From Tubulanus polymorphus (taxonomy: Eukaryota; Animalia; Nemertea), in contig NC_134027.1 of the NCBI RefSeq assembly GCF_964204645.1, positions 9,084,485-9,148,484 of the forward strand: 64,000 nt of DNA, given 5' to 3'. The notes beneath the pieces are model-generated. The model was not told where the DNA came from and made no database searches. It saw nothing but the letters and a program-made list of their open reading frames with translations. Positions 1 through 11,905 of the stretch are shown in pieces. Positions within the stretch are counted from its first letter, which is position 1, and each line of letters opens with the position of its first letter. The translations under genes were made by a program, and so were the position numbers.

Positions 1-2463
1 GATGCTTATGACGCATCTGATGAAAAGTACATTTTTCACGTGAAGCACTGTCGGAAGAAGCCTCAAAGAAATCTAGAACCAATAGCCATTTTTCATTCAT
101 TTGTTTCAATACGCCTGCTGTCTGTAAACGAGTGTGAACACGGTGTGTCTTTCAACTTTTCCCCGATGAAAAATGGTGGAATTGTTGTTAACGATTTACT
201 GACAACAGAAACAAATGGAAGAACTGTCTGTGTTCAGTCGATATAATATCGCCGTCAAGTGCTACACGATTATGCGTACATTAGCAATAATGATGGATAT
301 CTGACATATAGGTATGGTATGCAAATCCATATTGAAATTCTAGTAAGTTAAATATTCCGCATAAAATTGATGCCAACATTGATTTTGTCGAAGCTATATG
401 AATCATTCATGAATAGTGTTTGAATGGTCTTAAAATATGACACTAATTTTCTACATCCAGAAATTAAGGTTGGCGGAAATGAAATGAAGATCAAATAGAA
501 ATATCAAGATTGCAGTAAAAACTAAGACGCTAAACAGGTTTTTCCTGAAAAATTTTTCAAACGTGAAAACAGAAATTACCTCCTGCAAAAAGTATTCACG
601 AATAAACCACACCAGCAGCAAGCTTTAATCTATGAAAGGTAATAATGCCAATAGCCCCACAAATGAATGTCTATCAAAAGCTGGTCGACTGATAAGAAAT
701 ACATCTTTCCCTTCTTACACAATCAACAAACGCAAGAAACAGTATTTAGCGAAATTCATTATTTGACCAAAGCCTCAAACAGTATTTTAGATGGACGCAG
801 AAGCCTAAGGCCCCCAGACGACATTCCTTTGATGAAATGCATATGCGGATAAAAAACGCGTCTTTTTAACCAAATATGACTAGCTAGCTGACAAAATCTC
901 GAAAAAATTGATGTCACTCGACATCCGGTCCGGTTCATAAGGGAAATTGTAACTAGAGAATAATATCACGCTATAATCCGGCAGTTGAAGCGCATGATTC
1001 AGAAGAATCTATTGAATACATCCTATTTAGATTGATGCGTTGAATTAGTTTGAAGTTTAGAACACGGATGAACGTACAACTTGCAAACACTTTGCAACAA
1101 TTTATGATTGCTAAACAGAGTCGAATTCTTTAAGGAGGGCATTTACAAAGTTTTAGGCTATGCGAGTTTTTTAGCGAGTTAAAAAAACTCTTCCATTTCC
1201 TTCTTTCTTCTACATTCCATTTATCTGAGTCCAACCAGGAAATAAATTTGACAAATATTTCTGATCTCATATCAACACAGAGCACGTACATTTTTCATAT
1301 AGGCCTAGATTCTATGGTATGGTGTTGTATGGTGTGGTGTGGTATATTTAGTATGGTAGTTTATTTTGAATAATAGAATGATACAAAGATACAGCTCTCT
1401 GATATGATAGCTTTGAAAAGCCGTTGTTTACATCAGTTCAGTTACAACACATCAGTACCCTAACTAAAACTAGAACAACCTTTGACCTTTACAATGGAAG
1501 AAGCCTAACTCGACTTGACATCAGTACTCAAGATGGATTCAGATGGACTCTATAGGCCTATGGCCCTCTACCCCTTTGGTTGCAAAGCACGATACCATAC
1601 GATACAATATGATATATTATTGTGTTTGAGAAAGCAAATGTACTGATTTTCAGGACATGTTACAATTGTCAAATGATGATTGGACTTGATCGGTGAATAT
1701 TTTCGATGATTTCAATCTGTTCTCCTTTCATTATTTCAAATAAGACCAAGTATCATCTTCGAATTATTCTGTACGTTAAATAATCCTCTGGCTTTTGAGG
1801 AATCGTCATTGTCATGATAAATAATCGCCTTGAGAACATGGCCAGCTGGAACCCATATAATCCTGATAATTTAGCTATTTTTACGCTCAATATCAAATCA
1901 AGCCAGTATTTTCTCTGTTCACCACAGTTCAAGTGAAGCCGGTATAATTCCACATAGCTTTACGATATAATAGTAATTTTCAGCCTGTTCAATTTTCTCG
2001 CTACATAGGGCCGGGGATTTCCTTTGTAGGCCTACGTTTCATAACAAAGGTATCCAGCAAATCCTGCGTATTTCAAAAAACTGATTTTGCATCGGATCGG
2101 CCACTTAGTAGTTTTTACCTATTACATTATTATCCAATTAAGCAATCGAGAGAACTGGTGGCTTAAACAAAGTCTGTTTAGTAAATAGTGTGAATTGCAA
2201 AAAAAAACCGCATCCGCCATGAGTGTAGGCCATAAATTGACAATTTACGGGTAGGCATCCAAAATGACCTCCAAAATCAAACAATGTATCTTTATCCGAA
2301 TTCCCATCCGGGGTCACGTGGGCCTAAATAAATTCAAAGTCTTTAAGAAAAGCCTCCCCAATCATTTCAAGTCCATCAATATTTTTTTAGTTTCATTGGT
2401 GCCGGTGGAAAGCTTTTATAAGGGCCCCTTTTATAATGCCAATAATACCGGTAATAATGAATG

Positions 2464-3762
2464 CACAGGGACTTGTCACGACTGATAATGGATGAGACCA
2501 ATGATGGGGGTACCAGTATCCCTGCAACTGTATAATAAAATAACAAGGGTGGCAACAAATTTTCAATCTGACAATGACTTCTCCACTTCAATCGACTGTA
2601 ATTCCAAAAATTCTCAACCGATTCACATGAAATAAGCTTTAATACAACCTAGAAGACTTTCTGCTTCGAACGAGCCTACAACCACCACTCTCCGACAATT
2701 ATCTCACAACGAAATCACCTTTTTTTGACGAGAGATAGCTCAAAATGGAGGTGTACCGATTCTATGGTGGACAGCAAAATGGTCGTTTTTTTCAATTCAA
2801 ACGATGATTTCTATGTGAGATCTTAGAGAAAACCCCAACAAACCATACATTTTTTAAAACTACGCGGTCATACCTGTACGCTTATCTCATTTATTTGTAT
2901 AATCCACGCGATGGGTGAGCTCACAAGCTCAAAATCGAAAATGAGGACGAACACGGCGTTCAACTTGTCATCAACTGGGCGGCCATTAATCACGTGATAT
3001 CGTAGTAACGGGCTAAATATTTCACGCGCATTGATTGGCTTAGAGATTTCGAAAAACATTACAAAATTTATTAAAAGTTCTGTTAATTAATAAAATATCC
3101 GTATTATGAAAATATAGTGCAACATTCGTCTGAGGGGTGGTATTATTAGCAAATATTTCCTTTTTTCAAGTCTTCAGACGTAGACTTGTCGCGGTTCTAT
3201 TAACATAGCCCGAACCTGCACGTCACGTGATTAATGGCCGCTAGCGCGATAGTGCGAGGTGACTTTTTCGTATATTTGTTCGATTTTGAGCTTGCGAGCT
3301 CACCCATCGCGTGGATTATACAAATAAATGAGATAAGCGTACAGGTATGACCGCGTAGTTTTAAAAAATGTATGGTTTGTTGGGGTTATCTCACATAGTT
3401 ATTTCACATAGAAATCATCGTTTGAAGTGAAAAATACGACCATTTTGCTGTCCACCATAGAATCGGTACACCTCCAATTTGAGCTATCTCTCGTCAAAAA
3501 ACGGTGATTTCGTTGTGAGATAATTGTCCTAGAGTGGTGGTTAAAGGCTCGTTGGAAGCAGAAAGTCTTCTAGGTTGTATTAAAGCTTATTTCATGTGAA
3601 TCGGTTGAGAATTTTTGGAATTACAGTCGATTGAAGTGGAGAAGTCATTGTCAGATTGAAAATTTGTTGCCACCCTTGTTTTTTTATATTATACAGGGAT
3701 AGTGGACCTGGTCATTGATATTGGTTTTATTCATTCACTATCAATTGTGACAAGTCCCTGTG
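2464..3762. mobile_element. Non-autonomous foldback DNA transposon, ~550-bp inverted arms, 8-bp TSD (P- or hAT-type)
   Basis: Termini CACAGGGACTTGTCAC (2464) and GTGACAAGTCCCTGTG (3762). Arms ~2464-3020 and ~3200-3762 are near-identical reverse complements. AATGAATG is duplicated at 2456-2463 and 3763-3770. Confidence 0.9.
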
Positions 3763-4026
3763 AATGAATGGGAGTGTGGGCTGTGGTTTTTGAAAATATC
3801 CGATCAAACCAGGGAAACTAAACAACAGACAGGTTAATGACTATCTCTGACACACACCAGCGAACACTAATTTCCAATATGCTACTAATTACATTATAGT
3901 TAGTTGACACTGACAGACAGGTTTGTTGGTTACCAATGGGTCAAAAATTAGGACAGGTAAAAAATTCGAAAGTTGTGTGGTCGACAACTTGGCGTGTGAC
4001 ACCTCGTAAAGTAAACGTTGTATTAC

Positions 4027-4100
4027 CTTGGTTCAGTATTCGTAGGTTTCCACATGTGACAGTACAGTTCTAATCCATCTTCGTTCTTTATCTTGGCCAT
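4027..4100 (-). CDS. MGLL: First coding exon of a monoacylglycerol lipase-like alpha/beta hydrolase; no further exon found in 1-4026, so the rest probably lies left of the window
   Basis: Translates MAKIKNEDGLELYCHMWKPTNTEP(R) followed by an AG|GTAATA donor. Resembles the MGLL N-terminus ([20 protein letters not shown]). Too short for the ORF track. Confidence 0.7.
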
Positions 4101-4314
4101 CGTGTCCCCGAGACGCTGCAGGCAATGCTGAAGTGAAACCCTTGTGCAGCGTGTGCGCACAGTGACAGTTGATAAAGTTTTGGCCGCGTTGACCGTCCGC
4201 TACCGCCATCTGACGGGTTGGCTTTGGAATATTCTCGGAGCCACCCATATTCTAGATGACAGTAATGGATCATGTGATTAAACAAAATGTCGGACGAACA
4301 ACAAAAGCATAGTT

Positions 4315-7300
4315 ATGAGAAATAACTTTCAAATCAAGGAAACAATGGATGATGCCGATGATTTAACCGGTAATTTATTCACTACTATTGATCTCTATAC
4401 AAAGAAAGATTTTATCTCAAATCATAAGATTATTGACATTTTTGCTAGAGATTATGAACGCAAGTGTTTTTCAATTCACAATTTCAATTCAAATGAACTT
4501 TTGTGCTGAATTGACTTGTTATTATTGTACTCTTTATATTTTTTAAATCTAGATTCTACACAAATATATACACCTCAAAAATGGACGAAAATCAGGAATC
4601 TTGTAGCATTTTGGTGAGTTGACTGAGACCCCGGTAAACTGACCTGTGTCGTGAATGATAATTCACAACCCACCCAGTTCCCTTCTCAACTTAATCTTGA
4701 TTAGCATCTGATATTCATGGTTAACTCTCACAACCCACCCAGTTCCCTTCTCGACTTAATCTTGATTAGCATCTGATATTCATGGTTAACTCGACCGATA
4801 TTCATAGAATCGTGTATTTAACCCTTTCGCTACTTGATAAATTTTATAACAGTGTTAGCGTAATTTTGCTAATGTAGTGAACAGGTTAAGTATTCAAAGA
4901 AACTTCATGTTATAGTCCTGATGATATGCGCTAACCATAGACTCACTCAGAAAACCTATGACGATAATCATTTAATGTTATTTTTTTTCAGGATTTTCGG
5001 ATTGTGCAATAATTTCGCCTATGTGATTATGTTAAGTGCTGCTCATGATATACTAAAAGAAAATGAACGAAATGATAATGGAACAAATGTAAGTTTATAT
5101 CAATTGACTAATCATTGACTGAAAAGTCCAATGTTTGGTCAAGATTGTGTATCATGATGCTACAACATTAAGTCATATACATCATTTGCCTGCCAATTAC
5201 TTTTTCAGACAACTGTAGCACCGACAGTCCCCGTAACGATAAGTCCCAGTGGCAACAGTTCGAAGTTGATACCGGAGTGTAATCCTATTGGAACTGGGGT
5301 ATGTATCATATTATACACCTTATGTTCGGCTGGAGAGCATTTCAGTAATGGGTAATTTCTTTATCCTCCCGATTCATCGCGAATCGTAGTTTCAGTTGTG
5401 TATTGCTATCACCCATGATTTTGTAAATACAAGCACTTTTTATGAGACACTTGAGATCTTTCTCTTATTTTTAGGCCATACTGCTTGCTGATATTCTACC
5501 GGCTTTGATCATCAAGATAACAGCACCACTCTATATGCAACGTTTTCCTTATTTGTAAGTGTATACTGGTGGCCTGAAAAATTCATATTATCAGCCCGCT
5601 CGCTAATATGAGTTGTCTAATCCTTTTTCTTTTTATTCCAGCATTCGTGTCAATTTAGTTATCATTTTTGCTGCTGCTAGTCTTGTTATAGTTGCTGTAT
5701 CCGGTGCTGTTTGGATCAGTTTATTAGGTAATATTGATAATAAGGGCAGTAGTGTCTTTACTGTATCAAGTATAGTAGTAATGAAGGTCAGTCATTATAT
5801 TGATGATTCTTTCCAGGTGTTGTTTGTGCAAGTATAAGCAGTGGTCTTGGTGAAATAACGTTCCTTGCTTTGTCATCTCATTTCGATAAGTAAGATTCTG
5901 AATGGTTGAAAAAAAGAAAATAATCTTTAAATGATAATATGAAATAATAATTCATTATTATTATTCATAGCATTATTAACAGCGGCCTGTAATTCTTTGA
6001 ATATCTATTTATCCTTTTTCACAATGACAAATCATGATAAGCAGGTGTTTGAAATCTCTGTTTTGGTTTTCGAAAGTAGCCCCATACCATGACTGACAAC
6101 ATACCGGTTTGTACTTTACACACCGGTTTGTAAATTTTGTCTTCAGGAACTCAGTGTCGACTTGGTCATCAGGCACTGGTGGTGCTGGTATATTTGGGGC
6201 TCTGTCGTATGCTGGTCTCACGTCAATTGGTGTCACTCCCAGAGACACGCTATTCATCATGCTTGCTGTACCTGTGATATTGGCATTTGCGTAAGTCTTT
6301 TCAGTCTTTCCTACAATCAAGATTTCCCTGCTCATTAGTTGCATGAAGTGAATACTTTTGATTCCTCCGGTCTTATCAATCGGTCTTATCTATTTTTTTC
6401 CAGATATTTTGTCTTAGTCGTTAAACCGCCCACAGTCGATTCTCATGGCTATTTTCATATAGACTGTGGTGATGAAGATCTGCCATTGTTGAAACACGAC
6501 AGTCTCGCTGAGGATGAGTCTCTGGACGATAGTGACATCAGTGATAAAGATGCTATGGAACGCGGCAAACAGCTTTCATTCAGAGATAAAGTACATCTGT
6601 TGAAACCATTGTTGAAATGGATGATACCGCTCGGTACTGTCTATTTTGCTGAATATTTCATAAATCAGTGCCTGGTAAGTGCAATGAATGTATGAAATAG
6701 TGACACAATTGATCGAATTAATTCTTTTCACATTCTTTGGTGTGTCTGAACTTCAGCATGAATTGATTGCCGTACCTAAAGCAGAGTTAGTTCCTGGAAA
6801 GACGATAAGTGTTGCTGAGCAGTATAGATGGTAAGAAGACTATATAGACTGATTCATTGGTTTTACAATTCGAAATACCTCTGACGACCTTCCTAAATGA
6901 CAAATTTGCATTCAGTTGTGATTTTTATTGAATATTCTAAATATCAGGAATAATGATTGAAAGTTGGGTGTAGGTCGGCCTTGTGACTGGTTGCAACTCG
7001 GTGCAACACGATTTTCGGTGATGACCAGCATCTATCGCGTCACACTGTCCTTTGAAATATGCGCCTTGCAACTGCCAGACGAATTAGTTGCAAGGAGTTG
7101 CTAATGGCTCTACTTTCTGTTATAATTCGACCGTGTCCTCTCCCAGTGGTAACTGACCTATGCTGCTTATACACTAGTCGCTCATTGCATTCATTTTCGA
7201 CCAGTTGCAACCAATCAAGTCACATCGTAGGCAGTCGTGAGTCGTCCTACACCTGTGTTTGATGTGCGGGGAAATTCACTCCTGTTGTGATTCATATTCA

Positions 7301-8099
7301 ACATGTTCTGAAATTTGTAGGTTTCAAGTTGATTATCAGCTTGGTGTGTTTTTGTCGAGATCATCTGTGAATTTATTTCAAATTCGTAAGATATGGATCA
7401 TGGCAATTCTACAGGTAAGTAAGAATTAACAAAAAACGACAATTACAGTTTAAAAACTATTTTTCTCTTAACTAATATGAATTAGAACAAAAACTTTCTT
7501 TTGAATTTCAGTGTCTGAATATAATTCCATTGATGTTTCAAGTATTCTTCAAGTATATTCCGAGCGTATGGATCATATTTGCGGTGATTTTATATGAAGG
7601 CTTACTGGGAGGATGTGCTTATGTCAATACATTCTACATGATCTCAAAAGAGGTAATTCGTCTATCACAGGATATATCAAATATTTCGAAATCTTTTGTA
7701 AGTTTGCTAGGCACGTGTTTATAGACCTGAGTAAAGGAAAAGGTACAGTGCAACATATTGTTTTCTTAGGACGAATTTAAATGTAAGAATTTTTGCAGTT
7801 AAGAGTTTAAATGCAGTGCTATTGAAGAGTAAAGAAGCAAACATCAAACTGGCTCTTAACCTAATGGACACAAATCAATGATAGAAAAACTGGTATTCTC
7901 TTATGATTCAATGAATCAGACACAAGCATCGCATCTAATGTTCTTTAATTGCATATTTCTCAAAATGATTTTTTAGATTCCGAAAGAACATCGTGAATAC
8001 AGTATTGGTGTCGCCAGTGTTGCCGATTCGTTTGGTATCGCAATCGCTGCAGCTGTGTCTGTTCCTGTTCATAATTTCCTGTGCAGTTTAAAGAAATAA
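4315..8099 (+). CDS. CLN3: Battenin/CLN3 lysosomal membrane protein, ~13 exons; ATG at 4315 or 4345
   Basis: Spliced motifs [88 protein letters not shown]. Last exon 7977-8099 ends HNFLCSLKK*. Confidence 0.95.
4663..4792. repeat. Two-copy tandem duplication of a 65-bp unit in a CLN3 intron
   Basis: TCACAACCCACCCAGTTCCCTTCTC...GGTTAACTC starts at 4663 and again at 4728, with one mismatch. Confidence 0.9.
4822..4885. mobile_element. Tiny piggyBac-type MITE
   Basis: TTAA on both sides; CCCTTTCGCTAC and imperfect GTAGTGAACAGG termini; same left end as the element at 31209. Confidence 0.55.
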
Positions 8100-9865
8100 G
8101 GATATTTGATACAGGAATAAGCTATAGGAAACATCTTTTAGAAGCTGTTGACTTGCAGAGAGTGAAAGGATAGATATTCTTTAGTTAAATGCTATTCTAG
8201 TTGCAGAGAAGGTTAAGTAACTGTACTAATATTTCATAGAGGTAGGAGGAATTTAAGCCAAATAAGTACTCTTAACCGATTTTAATTTTTCCAAGCATAT
8301 ACATTTATTCTAATGTACATGTACATGTGCGTGTGTAAATAGCAATACTGCTATCATCTTTTCATACAGATTACTTATTTTATGGGTGCTTTTAGCTTGT
8401 TAACGTCTTTGTACGATGTGCCCTCTTAAATTGTATTTATACATAAAAGGTTTTAAGCAGATTGAAAAATTTTTAAAAGAACTCAAAGTGCTGAATCTAA
8501 ACAATGTCTCAAAATATTGGGAGATGTTTTAGATCTAATTGTTTTAGATCTTTTTATTGACAATTGGAAAAATTATATTTTCCAAATCGTTGTACAATCT
8601 ATGGAAATAAATTGATTTTCATAATGGTAATAAGTTGACGTATTTCCTTTTAATTGGTGAAAATTTTATTTATCTAAAAATTCCTGAATCTTTCATGATC
8701 CTCGTTTTATACACCATTGATCAGGTGTTACAGAACCTCTCGTATCAAAAGCGGGTATGACGATTTGTTTGATGGTGTTACCCAGCATTTGGCCCTAAAG
8801 CGCAGCCACAGGCAACTTTTCTCAGACTTGAATGCCGAACTTCCCTTGTTTTAGTTCCCATTGCATTTTAACTAATTTCATACTGAGATATGACAAACTA
8901 TCAGTTACAACGAATAGATTCGATATCCACTGAAGTTCGTTGTAATGAGGTTTGACTGAACAGAACATGTGAAATCATTGTTATCCTCTCCTTGATGATA
9001 TTTTGCAGTTTCATCTTTCTTGCCATCAGGATCCATTCCAAGAAAATAGCGGACATAATTTGATTCGATAAACCAAAATTCTAAAGGTTGAAAGGTCAGT
9101 TTTATTCACCTATATAATACATGGTACATTTTACAAAACATTCCAAAAGGACATCATAAAAAAGTGGTAAATGATATGTACATTATAAAAATTTGCATGA
9201 AATGTTCATAAAATGTTCAGTGAACTAATTGGCATCTAGAAGAAAACACAATTCAGGGTCAAGTTAGTTCAAATATCTTGAGATTATTTAATAAAAAGAA
9301 CTTGCAGAGATAGAAAAAGCACCTAGTGAGATAAATGAATGTAAACTGATTCAGAATCGAATGTAACAAGCAATATGAATCATCAGCCTAATGAAAACCA
9401 GGTGGGAGAAAGAACCACCTCCCTGTGAAAACAGAGTTGGTTTACGGTTTTAAGTAGAGAAACTGGAAATAATTAGATTAATATAAAGCAGACATTAGAA
9501 TTTAAGTTAAAGACAGCTGATATCTTTGTAAAGAAAAAGGTAATTAAAAAAAGAAATTATCCTAAACACATGGAAATCTACTTAACACAAATGCATAAAT
9601 ACAAATATTACTTCTTGTTCGAGTTAGGTTTATACAGTTCCTGGATCCTGCCAGTCAGAAACGTCGCACTATCTACATATATTCATACTTCATACCAGTA
9701 CATTACATATGAATCATCATAGATTTGAATATCATATGAGACTGGCATAAAGAGGTGCAATGAAAAAATACAATAAACCGGTCAACTGATATTTATAGCA
9801 ACAATAGCACTCGTATAAATGCGTTGAGAAAGAGAACAATTTTCTAGCAGAGTTTCTCCGAGGAA

Positions 9866-11320
9866 TTAAAATTCCAGATCGTTTTTCAAAATGCCGTCGT
9901 CGAGCTCCTCTTCGACGACTTCTTTGTTCATTTCAGCCATGTACTTAACATCGGGTCCACCGTGAATTTGGGCATCCAGCCGGTCTTCCTTCGCCGGGCA
10001 ATTAGCGCAGCGGGCTTCGTCGAGCCCGTAATCGAAACACGTACTGCCGATGCACTGACAACAGCCGTACTGGTGAAACCAGCGCATTTTCGTAGCACCC
10101 ATCGATTTGCACCCGGATTTACACTTGCGCAGCGGCATACAGGAAGCCATAAATGCTACCGAGCAGTTTTTAAATGCCTCCGGCGGAAATCCATGTTGAT
10201 ATTTCTGAAATTCCGGATCGCCTGAAATGAAAAGATGACAATCCATATAAATATTTCGGTGTTCATAGTGCCTATGACCAATTTCAACGACTTTTTGCCT
10301 CAGATTCGAGGACTTTTTTTATCTCCTGATTCCAGGGCTGTTTTGGATAGTTCATAAAAGTTCCAATTTACGTTGGGTCCATTCATAGAAAAAGTCGAGA
10401 CATCTGATATACTCTCACACCAGATGATACGTGACCAGAAACTTCAAATTGTAATTGAGGTCAAGCGATACCATTCTAGGACCATGACAATGATTTAGAG
10501 CCCAATTTATGATATTCATTTCCTGGGATTGACCCATTCCCTCCTATTTTATGAAAAAAGAAAAAAAAACCAGTTCTATACGCAGTAGAACGCGCGTATA
10601 TTTTGCTAGATATTGCATCATTTCACAGAATAAAAGGTTCTCATAATAAAAAAAAAGACCGCAATGAACCCTGTTACTTCAAATCAAGCTCAACGTGGCC
10701 CGAAAATAGTTTGCTATGGTAAGTTTCGTTCAACTTACTGATATCGATGTTCATCTTTCCCTCGGCGTTGAACTTCAGCAAGCCTTTATACGTCGGATAA
10801 CTGTGCACGCTCCATTCGGAATAAGGCGAATTGGAATCGGTCAGAACGTTGAATAACTCCGGTAAAGGGTTAGGCAGGTCTTCGATTGAGCTCGTACGGA
10901 AAATTGAATCGTCCAATCTCGGTTCGGGACACATTCCTAGAAAATCGAAAAAAAAATATTATTAACATCTAGTTATTATAAAGCTATGCTCAGAAAAACT
11001 GTACACGTCAGTTCCTTTAAGAAAAATTTCAAAACGCCCCATGAAAAATTGTGCAACTAAACCACATTCCCGTTACTGACTTTAGCATCATTGAACTTAC
11101 CAACACATGAACAACATTCAACGTAAAGATTTGACAGACAAACGCTGCAATCTTTGCAGCAAGAACAATTGGCCTTGTCAGTCATATCACAGCCGCACGC
11201 TCTCAACAGAATACACTTGCTGACGATCGGAGCACAAACTGCTTCATTACACGCACTCGATTTCTCAGCCAGAACAATCAGCGTAAAAGTAGCGACCGAA
11301 ATGAAAGTGGCGATCCTCAT
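9866..11320 (-). CDS. TWSG1: Twisted gastrulation (Tsg) BMP modulator; exons 11101-11320, 10739-10936, 9866-10221
   Basis: Signal peptide, then CNEAVCAPIVSKCILLRACGC...CSCCKDC...CCSCVGMC. C-terminal NCSVAFMASCMPLRKCKSGCKSMGATKMRWFHQYGCCQCIGSTCFDYG. Both introns are phase 1. Confidence 0.95.
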
Positions 11321-11905
11321 TTTCGGGAGTTAATTAACTAGGTCCAAACGGACAGAAGAGGTGTCAGTGGACAGGAACGGAGGAGCTGAAGAAAGAGGTT
11401 GATATCTATCTGAAATGGAAGAAGATGTCGATGGAAAAATTGAAACAACAAACAAAAAAGACTGAGACAAGGATCGCAATGTGAAGAGGCGATGAGACGA
11501 AGAGTAGAAAGCCATTGAACGATTAGGCGTGATAATAAATTTAAAAAGAAGTAGGTTGGTCTTACAAAAGGTAATAATTCATGCACTACAAAAACGAATT
11601 GTTTACCTTAAACAAAACACGAAAAAGATAAAAACTTTTTTACCCAAACTTTTTTTTTCGCGAAATATACCATGTCACTCAAACAGCACTGATTGCTGCG
11701 CCACCTATTAATCCGCTAATGAGTCCTTAAACGAGTTGTAGTGAAAACCAATGGATGCAAAGATGCAGGATTCTGAAATTCACTTTTTCATTGATTTTTG
11801 TTTCTAAGATTTTAAAATGATAGGTGTATGTCAGTAACTGAAAATTATAGAAAAGGGGGAGATTACCATCATCATCAGTTGCGAAAGTGATAGTAAGATA
11901 ATAAA

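Noticed and set aside
581-630. Exon-like segment on the minus strand as MGLL exon 2
   Set aside because: It has a stop in the required frame and lacks the expected HGxxEH motif.
10674-10738. Extension of Tsg exon 2 to the ORF stop (KLNETYHSK...LDLK)
   Set aside because: A perfect phase-1 GTAAGT donor at 10738 matches the phase of exon 3, so this stretch is intronic.
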